Shown here piece after piece: positions 53,805 through 64,000 of a stretch of DNA of 64,000 nucleotides. Each line of letters begins with the position of its first letter. Positions within the stretch are counted from its first letter, which is position 1. This stretch comes from Octopus sinensis (Eukaryota). The DNA is taken from positions 124,001 to 188,000 of the forward strand of contig NC_043011.1 of the NCBI RefSeq assembly GCF_006345805.1, given 5' to 3'. The notes beneath the pieces are model-generated. The model saw nothing but the letters and a program-made list of their open reading frames with translations. It was not told the origin of the DNA and did no database searches. The translations under genes were made by a program, and so were the position numbers.

Positions 53805-55270
53805 TAGTGGTGGTGGTGGTGGTGGTAACAGTAGAAGTAGTAATGATGGTAGTAGTGATAGTTGTGGAGGTGATAGTAATAATAGTAGTAGTGGTGGTAA
53901 AGATATTGGTAATGGTGGCAATAGTGGTGGGGTTGATGATGGGAACAGTAACGACAGAAATAGTAGTAGTAGCGGTAATGAAGAAGATAACCATAGAAGG
54001 GCTATTAACATGTATACCCACCCCTTTGACACTCAGTTCTTCAACATATGTGGCAAATCTTACAACATGATCCGGATTTACCCGACAACATTACCCTTCA
54101 ACAAAAGGGTCTACATCCCAAGACATACTAATGACCATATGGAAGCACAGTTCACTATAACTAGGACCAGACTTAGACAGATTTTAGGACTATACACTAA
54201 GAGACAGAGACAGAATAAGACAGAGGCCCAACAACTCGGGATTAAACCCGCATGTGGCCTACGTAAGCTCATTCAGCGCACGAGGAAAGGAGAGGTGGTA
54301 TGCCTCCCCACAGATAAGTCCGACAGGATGTCAATAGACAAATTACCGAACTACATCCAGGCAATGCAACCTCATATCGCCAATACGAAAATAACAACTT
54401 TACAGGCACATGAGGAGAGAGAAAAGGTCCTCAACGCCCACGTGATGATGTGGACAATTGTTCTGGGACCCCAGAAACGCACAGCTAACAATTTCCAAGC
54501 CTGGAACAACGATATCCCGGCACTGTATGGACTTCGCAAGGACCATAAAGATATTACTGACCCTATAGCAGGACCACCAACAAGACCAGTCTGTGGAGCG
54601 AATATCGCTAGCAACTACAGAATCTCCTACTTCCTCTCAATGATCATCCGCCCTATAATCCAGATGTCACCTGATGTTTGTGACAGCATGGAAGATCTCC
54701 TCAGCAGGATCAATGTCTGTAACAACACTTGCGACCTGACAGGATGTATGGTGGGTAGCATGGATGTGGTATCCCTACACCCATCGATCAACGTGGATTT
54801 TGCGGTGGAGAAGTGCGTGGAAATGATCAACGAGAGCCAGGTGGAGTTCCGTAATGTCAACACAGAGTAACTGGGCCTCCTACTTAGACTGACATGTAAC
54901 AATGAATACCTAGATAAACATAATCTTAGTAATTTCTGCCCCAGTAGATGTTTAAGAGGTAGACCACCCAAAATTACTTCTATGGCTAAGAAGACCCATA
55001 TAGAGAGATGGAGCGGATGGACCAGAGCCATACGGACCCCCGCAAATGTTCATCAGGTAAAGAAAATGATTGCACATGCACTAGGAGCTAGTATAAGAGT
55101 TACCCTAAAAGGCCACACATTTAAGTTTAGCAATAAAATATATGCCCTGGACGAGGGGGCAGCCATCGGCGTTAGTATCGCCGGTGATGCGGTCAACCTT
55201 TTCATGGTATGGTGGGACAGAAGGCTTAAGGAACGCCTAACACAGAACTCCATACTCGTGAACATGTGCT
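52224..55270 (+). mobile_element. Penelope-like element in partial-tandem form: GIY-YIG tail + pseudo-LTR + N-terminal ORF + RT (disrupted)
   Basis: VVYSIRC...YVGETARS (GIY-YIG) at 52224-52498; ORF start MTIPKYNNIRF at 52556; RT motifs RPVCGA, GSMDVVSLHPSI, GAAIGVSIAG; breaks at PYV just before the expected DD; stops at 53221 and 54870; (GTA)n block at 53760-53990. Confidence 0.85.
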
Positions 55271-55419
55271 CCCCCTATGTAAGTAAAGGAAAAAAAGAGC
55301 ATGGGTTAGAGATACGAAAAATACATGTCAGGGGAATGGAAGCAAAGATCGAAATTTTTCAGACAATGTATATTCGAGAATAAAACAGATATTTATATAT
55401 TCTTTTCTTCTCTGGGCAC

Positions 55420-55590
55420 ATGGACCGAAAATTTTGAGGAGTGGGGGAGGGGTCCAGTCGATTAGTTCGACCCGAGTACGCAACTGGTACTTAATTTATC
55501 GACCCCCGAAAGGATGAAAGGCAAAGTTGACCTCGGTGGAATTTGAACTCAGACGTAAACACAGACGATAAGCATTTCGTCCGGCGTGCT
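55420..55590 (-). mobile_element. SINE family B
   Basis: Shared body motif. Confidence 0.75.
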
Positions 55591-55823
55591 ATAATATTAG
55601 CAGAGTCAATTGAAACAGAGTATAGAGACCTCCTCCCCTTTAATTTTCTGTGTCTTTGTGCCCCGTGTAAGTTTGCTCTGTTAATATATAAATTTCCATA
55701 TATTTATACACGAATATTCATCGTCTGAAATTTTCCAGTCTTTGTTTTCTCTGTTTTCCTGTAAATCTGTATATTTTGTATATCAAACCCAAATTCGATT
55801 TGTTTATTTGCATCATTATCACT

Positions 55824-56105
55824 ATGTATGTATGTATGTATGTATGTATGTATGTATGTATGTATGTATGTATGTATGTATGTATGTATGTATGTATGTG
55901 TGTGTGTATGTATGCGTGTGTATGCGTGTGTATGTATGTATGTATGTGTGTGTGTATGTATGTATGTGTGTGTATGTATGTATGTATGTGTATGTATGCG
56001 TGTGTATGTATGTATGTGTGTGTATGTATGTATGTGTGTATGTATGTATGTGTGTATGTATGTATACACTCAGACACATATGCACATGGGTATACATACA
56101 TACAT
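55824..56105. repeat. (TATG)/(TG) microsatellite
   Basis: Direct reading. Confidence 0.9.
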
Positions 56106-56679
56106 ACACCTTTTTAGCCCAAGGACTCAAGGTCGATAACCCGGTTTCCATGGAGTATGAGCGTATAAGTGACCCAGATCATGATAGCTCCTCTGAAGGA
56201 GACGTCAGCGAGTTGCAGGCTTCAAGGAAATGTGACAAATCGATTATATCGACTCCAATACTTGATTGATACTTTATTTTATCGACTGAAACTTTATTTC
56301 ACACACCACACACACACACACACACACACGAATAAAGAGTAACACTTGTTGATCTACTTCGTTTTCCCGAAGAGTCCCGCCCCCTACCCACTCATGAGTC
56401 ACAAGTCAGATCGATCCCTCGTAAGAGACCCCAAGAAATTAAGAAGTCAACAAAGAATTGTTACTTCCTTATCGACGAGAAACTCTACACCATTCGTTGG
56501 TCTTCACAACACAAGAACCTGGGTGTGTGGGTGTATACACGCTTCATTAAGAGAAACGATTACTGATATACGTATATATTCATATATATGTGTTATTGCG
56601 TAAGAACATACACACATATACCCTCAGATACATAAATGGAGAGATCGATAAATAGTCATCAATATTTATTTGTACGGCG

Positions 56680-57090
56680 AAATGGCTGAATTGTTAACGC
56701 GACGGGCAAAATGCTTTAGCGGCATTTCGTGCGTCTTCACGTTCCGAGTTCAAATTGGGCTGCTGCCGACTTTGCCTTTCATCCTTTCGGTGTCGATAAA
56801 TTAGTACCAGTTGAACGCGGGGGTCGATGTGAACGACTTGCTCCCTTCTCCGAAATTTCTGGCCTTGTGCTAACATTTGAAACTTATACATAGGCGGCGG
56901 GCTGGCAGAATGGGAGCACGTCGAGCAAAATCCTTCGTCGTATTTCTTGCGACGTTCTGAGATCAAATGCCGAATGACTCGACGTTGCATATCGTCCTCT
57001 CGAGATTGATAAAATAAGTGCCTGTTGAACAGTGGGATCGATATAATAGACTTGCCTCTACCCTAAAGTTGCTGGCCTTGTGCTAAAATT
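56680..57090 (+). mobile_element. Two tandem SINE family B copies
   Basis: ggcgaaatggctgaattgttaacgc...gagttcaaatt; ggcggcgggctggcagaatgg...ggccttgtgctaaaatt. Confidence 0.7.
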
Positions 57091-57392
57091 AAAAAACTAA
57101 CATAATAGATATGTATGTATGTAGTTTCATTTTGCTAAGAACTGAAATTGATACACAGCTGAACACAGGCGTTTCACCAGCAGCGCTAGTAGTCAAATAC
57201 AAGTATATACAGTCACCATTGACAGATGTATTAAGTATTTTAGTGAACAACGGACCCTATACCATACACAAATCAGAACCGGACCCCTAAACACTTGTGG
57301 ATCCCGTGCAACAGCTCCGTACATCGACGCCGTACACACATACACAGACACATATACCTACATATATACACACACGCATGCATACACCCCAC

Positions 57393-57434
<42 letters not shown>

Positions 57435-57473
57435 ATATATATATACATATATACCGCAGTAATCACATAAATG

Positions 57474-57750
57474 TGAAACAAGGTGAAAAAAAGAGTACTC
57501 AAATACCAGAGGTAGAGTAATATGCTTTATTTAAAAGCACCAGAAATATAACAAAAGCTGTTACTCGGAGTTTCAAGTTCCCATTCGTCAGGCAGTTTTG
57601 TTAACAAAACTTTTTTTTAACAAAACTGTCCGACGAACGGGAACGTGAAACTCCGAGTAACATGTTTTGTTATATTTCTGCTGCTTTTTTAAATAAAGCA
57701 TATTACTCTACCTCTGGTATTTGAGTACTCTTTTTTTTCACCATGTTTCA
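57474..57750. mobile_element. Fold-back (inverted) PLE terminal repeat with one hammerhead per arm
   Basis: ~130-bp arms; consensus ctgt-CTGACGA-acg(ggaa)cgt-GAAACTCCGAGT-A-acag at 57626-57663 (+) and 57557-57595 (-). Confidence 0.75.
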
Positions 57751-57780
57751 ATAAAGTATATATATATATATGTATATGCT

Positions 57781-57812
<32 letters not shown>

Positions 57813-58293
57813 CACAAATACACAGATAGAAAGTTAGACAGACAGAGAGACAGGTAGGTAGACCTTATCAAACAATGCTGTATGTGAATGCTTTATTATA
57901 AAAACATAAATACTTTGTCATGTTTAATTAAGTGAAGATAGTTTCGCCTTATCATTCCAGATATTTCGTTTTACCAAAATAACTTCATTAAAGTTATCAC
58001 TAGACCTTATTAGTCGCAGAGAATTTGCTGGTGTGCAGTGTAATTCTCGTTAAAGTGCCAACATACTTGACGGAGATTCTCGCTAAAAACTTTAATCAAC
58101 TGTCAAATTCTTTGCTTGATGGCAAATGGAGTGAGAGACAGAAAAATGTTTGGTAGAATCCACAAGGGCCCCGTATGTGGTTCACACACACACACACACC
58201 CATGCATGTCTACGTATGTCTTTATGTATGCATTTATGTATGTATATTACACACAAATGTATATATCTATACCTATATATATATGTTTGTGTA

Positions 58294-58375
<82 letters not shown>

Positions 58376-58879
58376 GAGTAATATGTGTATGTATGTACGT
58401 ATTTATAGGATGTTTGAAAGGGGAAAAAAGGTTAAAAAAATTACAAAAGGAAAGATTATAAAAGACAAAATATTGAAAGAAGGAGAGGAGCTGAATGGCA
58501 ATGAGGTGTTAGAATGGTAGACGAAGTGGATGAAGAATAGAGAATTCGGGCAAGAAGATATACTTTCGACTTCATCGCATCTTATTCCCTGTTATATTCC
58601 TTGGTGTTTTCGCATACGTCATTTCAATCTCACTAAATCAACATAGAATTCTGTATACATTCACCATTCACACACGTAGAAATATATATATAATATATAT
58701 AATATATATATACATATATATGTGTGTATATATATACATTATATATATATACGTTATATATATACGTTATATATATATATATATACATTATATATATATT
58801 ATATTATATATATATATATTATATATCTATATACATTATATATATATATTATATATATATACATTATATATATATATAT

Positions 58880-58911
<32 letters not shown>

Positions 58912-58937
58912 CATTATATATATATATATATAAGTAT

Positions 58938-58986
<49 letters not shown>

Positions 58987-59071
58987 TATATATAATATAT
59001 ACATTTATATATATAATATATTATATATATTATTATATATATACATTATATAATATATATATATACATTAT

Positions 59072-59103
<32 letters not shown>

Positions 59104-59105
59104 AT

Positions 59106-59305
59106 ATATACAGCGGACTGGCGGTCGGAGGATCGCGGTTTCGATTCCCAGACCGGGCGTTGTGTGTGTTTATTGAGCGAAAAACACCTAAAAAAAGCTC
59201 CACGAGGCTCCGGCAGGGGATGGTGGTGATCCTTGCTGTACTCTTTCACCACTCTAAAGGCGGTGCTCCAGCATGGCCGCAGTCAAATGACTGAAACAAG
59301 TACAA
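59106..59305 (+). mobile_element. SINE family C head fused to family A tail
   Basis: Matches the 5630-6001 copy up to ctttcacca, then switches to ctaaaggcggtgctccagc. Confidence 0.65.
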
Positions 59306-59319
59306 AAAAAAAAAAAAAT

Positions 59320-59776
59320 ACGTTTATATATCTGTTGTGCAAGATTTTTTATGTGAAATCGTGTGTTGAAACGGATATTGTTGTATTTAGGAATGATCAT
59401 TTTGCCAGTTTAGCCAATAAAAACACACGCACTATATATTTGGTGTTACTTTGCTTCAGCGTTATTTATTTTTTACATTAATCTTCATCTTATCTCGGCC
59501 AGAGTTCTTTCGTCACACTCCTGTGACCTCATCAGTGGTCCTTTGCTTTCTTCTTTCTTATTTATGTGTCTATCCTTACTAACCGTCAGCCATTTTGTAT
59601 TTCTATTGTATGTCTTCATTTGCGCATTCATATATATTTATGTGCGTCTATGTTTAGATAGTGTGTGTGTGTGTGGGGGGGAATGCCTGTAATATTTGTA
59701 TCTCCTGTTTATATACGTTCGTGTAATTTGTTTTTGTTTTTGTTTATTCTTATTTTGTTCATGTATTTACACCCAC
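59320..59776 (-). mobile_element. Penelope 3' UTR + hammerhead + pseudo-LTR (ORF start)
   Basis: 59320-59450 is the reverse complement of 52499-52630; hammerhead at 59497-59541. Confidence 0.8.
59497..59541 (-). ncRNA. Minimal type I hammerhead ribozyme with intact core
   Basis: ggacca-CTGATGA-G-gtcaca(ggag)tgtgac-GAAAGAACT-C|tggcc; predicted cleavage between 59502 and 59501. Confidence 0.75.
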
Positions 59777-59802
59777 TTATTATTATTATTATTATTATTA
59801 TA

Positions 59803-60184
59803 TGTTTGACTTATATATTTGTACAAATTGGCTCCAAGTTGGCTCCAAGTCTCACCCAAGTCTCACAGCAGGTAGGAAGTTCATGTTGTTGTTATGCCTA
59901 GTGTGCCATATATTTGTTATTTTTTTGTACTAGTGAATGTCGAAAAAACCCCCGAAAATTATGTTTGTTTTAAACCTTGAGATATCATAGAAAGTATTTT
60001 GTGTAGGATATGAGCAGTTCCCATGAGCACTATCTTTTGAATTTCTGCCATTTTTGGGTTTCCTGGTATCTGAGTTAGGTAGCTATCAGCCCCTTTTGCT
60101 ATCATTCCCAGGGCACCTATGACAACAGGTATTGTTTTAGTCTTCAGGTTCCACATTTACTGATCTCTATTTCAAGATATATAC

Positions 60185-60223
<39 letters not shown>

Positions 60224-61590
60224 TATATATATATATACGTTTATATATCTGTTGTGCAAGATTTTTTATGTGAAATCGTGTGTTGAAACGGATATTGTTG
60301 TATTTAGGAATGGTCATTTTGCCAGTTTAGCCAATAAAAACACACGCACTATATATTTGGTGTTACTTTGCTTCAGCGTTATTTACTTTTACATTAATCT
60401 TAATCTTATCTTAATCGTAATCTTATTTGCTCAGTTTTTGGTAGGTATTGACAGATATGTTTATATCGATTGGAACAGTTATATCAATGAGGAGGCATGT
60501 TCTTTGTCTGAAGTCTTTCAATATGATGTCTGGCCTATTCGCATCTATCTTTCTGTCAGTTTGAATGGTGAAGTTCCAGAGGAGTGAGATGTGGTCATTT
60601 TCAAGCACTGGAGGTGGATTGTGTTCCCACCAGTTTTTTTCATGGGGCAAATCCAGGTTTTTGCAAATTACCCAGTGAATATATTGTGCAGCTCTATCAT
60701 GCCTGTTGAGATACTCTGTAGGCGCTAGAAGACTACACTTGGAGACAACATGATCAATGGTTTCATTTTGTTATCGACATACACGACATGTTGGGCTACT
60801 GCCGTTCTTTAATATGTTGGCCTGGTAGTTCCTTGTTGGTAGGCATTGATCTTGAGCTGCTATGATAAACCCTTCTGTTTCAGATTTTAAGCCAGAGGCC
60901 ATTAGCCATTGATGGGTCAGGGCTTTGTCAACATCTGCATTATTCGCTCTCTTTGGGTATTTGCCATAGAGAGATTTTTCTTGCCATTTATCATTCAGAA
61001 TATCTAAGGCCGCAGTTTTAGCACGAGTTTTCATGCGCTTAGCTTTTTCTGTGCTTGTTTCTTGTATGTCTAATTCCGAAATTTGTTGTATTCGGAATTC
61101 ACTTAGATATTCCTTTGCCTGTTTTGTTACTGAGTATGATGCTTTCTTGTTGAGACAAGTTTTAACATCCAGTCCTCAGAGTTTTTCAGGTTGGTGTCTA
61201 GGCCAATTGTAGCAATCTTCATTGTTATTGCCAGTTGTAAAAGTCCACGGCCTCCCTCTTTTCTTGGCAGATAAAGTCGTTCTGTATCTGCCTTAGGGTG
61301 GTGCATTCTATGCATTGTCAACAGTTTTCGTATTTTTCTGTCAAGATTACATATTTCAGTAATTGACCAGTTAACGATATTGAAACTGTAAGTCACGACT
61401 GGTATAGCTAAAACATTGATCGATTCGATCCTGTTTCTTGCATTCAGCTCTGTCTTAAGTATTGCTCTTACTCTACGATAACATTCACTCCTGATCCTTT
61501 CCTTCATCACTGAATGCCTTATTCCGTCCCCTTCAATTACCCCTAGGTACTTGTAGCTCTCCGCTGGGTCTAATTCTTTTATGACAGAAT
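59803..61590 (-). mobile_element. 5'-truncated R4/Dong-like LINE (thumb, CCHC, REL endonuclease, 3' UTR)
   Basis: ELDPAESYKYLG; RLYLPRKEGGRGLLQL; ETEGFIIAAQDQCLPTR; CRVCR..ETIDH; ANRPDIILKD...LIDITVP; IPVVIGALG...GTAHILHK; AAT tracts at both ends. Confidence 0.9.
60238..60423 (-). mobile_element. Penelope pseudo-LTR copy nested in the Dong endonuclease region
   Basis: Near-identical to 59320-59495; followed on minus by a ~60-bp TA tract (60178-60237). Confidence 0.85.
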
Positions 61591-61625
61591 ATTATTATTA
61601 TTATTATTATTTTATTATCATTATT

Positions 61626-61660
<35 letters not shown>

Positions 61661-61889
61661 GTATGCATGTATGTATGTATGTATAACAAGAATAATAGTA
61701 ATAATAATAAATTTTTTTTTAATTAAAAATAAAATAAATAAAAAATTTTAAAAATTAAAAATAAAATTTAAAAAATTAAAAATTAAAAAAATGTATATAG
61801 TTATTTACTTCCATTTGTTTATTTATCTGTATATTTTATTTATTATGCTTTCGGTTTTGTTTATATTGTAATTCTTTTATGACAGAATA

Positions 61890-61944
<55 letters not shown>

Positions 61945-61945
61945 G

Positions 61946-62655
61946 TCATATGTTGTGGTGTGTGCTAGTGCTCCATTCCAGTTTCCTATTCAGGCTAGGT
62001 TTATTTTCTATTATGTGTGTAGCTTCTGTAATTTGTCTGATTGTTGCATCTGTTCTATGCGTGGACAAGATTTTAACTTCTATGTTGTTGAGTGAACCCC
62101 CATGTTCCTGCTCGGCATGTTGGTATAGAACCAATGAGCTCTTTTCTTCCTTAAGTTCTCTCCAATGTCCATTTACCCGCTCTCCTATGCTTCGTGCTGT
62201 TTCCCCTACGTATGTCGTTGTTTTGCTACTGCATCGTCTCTCTATACATCTTATACTATAGACTACATTTCTGGCTTTACAGTTTGTTTGTGGCCTAAAT
62301 CTACGCACAGTACAGTGCCGATCCGTACAGGGGGTTCTACTAAAAGGGTAGGTTCTACCGATTATGGATTTGGTAGGGTTGCCTGGCTTTTCAACGACCT
62401 TAATCCTTAGCTTAAGTTTGTCTAGGGTCCTTCTAAAGCGGTACACCAGTTCACCTCCAGGGGTGGTGACGACGAACATGACACTCTGGTATTTATGGCT
62501 ATCATACCAAGAGTTGGCCTTCCCTATTTTCTTTTTTGTCCTTTCTATAGTGTTCCATGACTTGAGTGGGCAAATTCCATTCCTATCATTACATAAGATA
62601 GTATAAAATTTCTTCATGGCTCCTTTGTATACTCTGATCCTTTCTTTATCAACCC
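61946..62655 (-). mobile_element. Penelope C-terminal fragment with intact GIY-YIG endonuclease frame
   Basis: 247-aa ORF: SVMFVVTTPGGEL...VVYSIRC...YVGETARS...EATHIIENKPSLNRKLEW; same family as 52224-52498. Confidence 0.85.
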
Positions 62656-63506
62656 TAACCCTAACCCTAATGCCTCCATGTCTGCTCACCTAGTTTCCTC
62701 ATATAACCACTCTTTACCCCGTGGACTTGGTCCTCGGTAATAATTTCTGAGTGTAAGTTCAAATCGTTTGAGCGCTGCTAAGTGTACGTTGCAGACCGAG
62801 CATTTCTGGATCTCATATCTTGACTCTGTATATATACATACATACACACACATATACATATATATACACACGTAAAACATACATATATATGTAAATGTGT
62901 ATTTATAAATATGTGTGTGTGTGTGTGTGTGTAGAACAACCATCTTTATATTTAAATTGTCTCCCCTAGTAAGTGTCATGTGGTGTTAAGTAGGCAGTTC
63001 TTCTCAATTGTAACTCAAAATTAATTGTTATTTGCTGAAGTTATTAGTAAAAACCATCGACATTTACACCTGCAAGGTAAATTATCATTGAATTTACAGG
63101 CAAGTGTGATGTTTCGACCTCTTTCGTTAATTAAATATGAATAACAAAGAGAAAATCACTTTTTCAATTAAACACTTTTTATTGTGGATTCCTTTCTGTT
63201 CTTATTCTCAAAAAGTTTTGTTTTATGGTTATGTATATATATTTTTTTTTATATATATACGTAAATGTCGAATGATGACAATGAGTGCTCAACACCGCAT
63301 TGGTGGATAGAGTTTATGTGTTAAAAATATCTTGATATCCAAACAATTATTCAAGCCAATCACATGGGGGAATGGTATTAGTCCCCACCTTTGTTTTTAT
63401 CCGAAATGAAGACGAACACTATCCGACATGTGATCATCTTGAATAATTAAGATATTTTTCATAATATGAAACCCATGGTAGCCTTAATACACAAATAAAT
63501 AAATAT

Positions 63507-63538
<32 letters not shown>

Positions 63539-63549
63539 TATATATATAT

Positions 63550-63624
<75 letters not shown>

Positions 63625-63659
63625 CGCTTTAACTCTTTAATTAGTTTCAACTTTAAAGA

Positions 63660-64000
63660 TGCTGCGGTTATCGTGGGGTACTCCTTTGGCTTTGTTACAC
63701 GTTCATTATTTGAAACCTCCTCAAATATCTGACGTTTGTTGAATGGGAGATGTTGCCGCCCTCATCTGTGTTTCCTGCCGTGAGGTAGGCTCATCAAGAA
63801 TCCTTGATAGGAGGAGGTTCAGTTTTGTTTTTAAGACACCAATATCCACACCATGCAGGTCTCTCGGGCATTTTTGAAGGATATTGAAGAGCTGTGAAGC
63901 CCAAGTTGTTGCAGTCTCTGGTCTTGTATTTTGATGGTAATTTTGGGATCTTAGGCACTATGCAGCGGCTCCCCGTTCTGCTGTTTGTATAACTTTCAAT
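63660..64000 (-). mobile_element. CR1/L2-group LINE 3' region fragment
   Basis: Homologous to 10330-10640 (cagctcttcaatatccttc, gatgagcctacctcacggcagga). Confidence 0.8.

Noticed and set aside
53228-54070. 280-aa Asn/Val-rich ORF as a separate gene
   Set aside because: Low-complexity linker of the Penelope ORF plus a GTA/GTG microsatellite.
58575-58610. aagatgcgatgaagtcgaaagtatatctt (minus) hammerhead-like motif
   Set aside because: No stem II and the core is wrong at positions 3-4; likely chance.

Overview
AT-rich eukaryotic (animal) DNA, saturated with microsatellites ((TA)n, (TATG)n, (CA)n, (AAT)n, (GTA)n, (TCTA)n) and decayed transposons. The tRNA-derived SINE families look like those I associate with octopus/coleoid cephalopods (inference, no search run). 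No intact host gene could be identified; most ORFs in the track are microsatellite artefacts. Real coding relics are R4/Dong-like LINEs, CR1/L2-group LINEs, an RTE tail, GIY-YIG Penelope-like elements (PLEs), a DD37D (maT) Tc1/mariner and non-autonomous Helitrons/MITEs. The most interesting layer is RNA structure. About ten minimal hammerhead-ribozyme folds sit in PLE terminal repeats, including one with an apparent compensatory G3:C8 core swap (34788-34837). There is also a PLE > Dong > PLE nest at 59.3-62.7 kb that suggests ribozyme-defined 5' ends and (TA)n seeding, and a LINE/SINE shared 3' tail with a covarying stem-loop. Unique islands carry clustered TGACA motifs and may be enhancers of an unseen gene.
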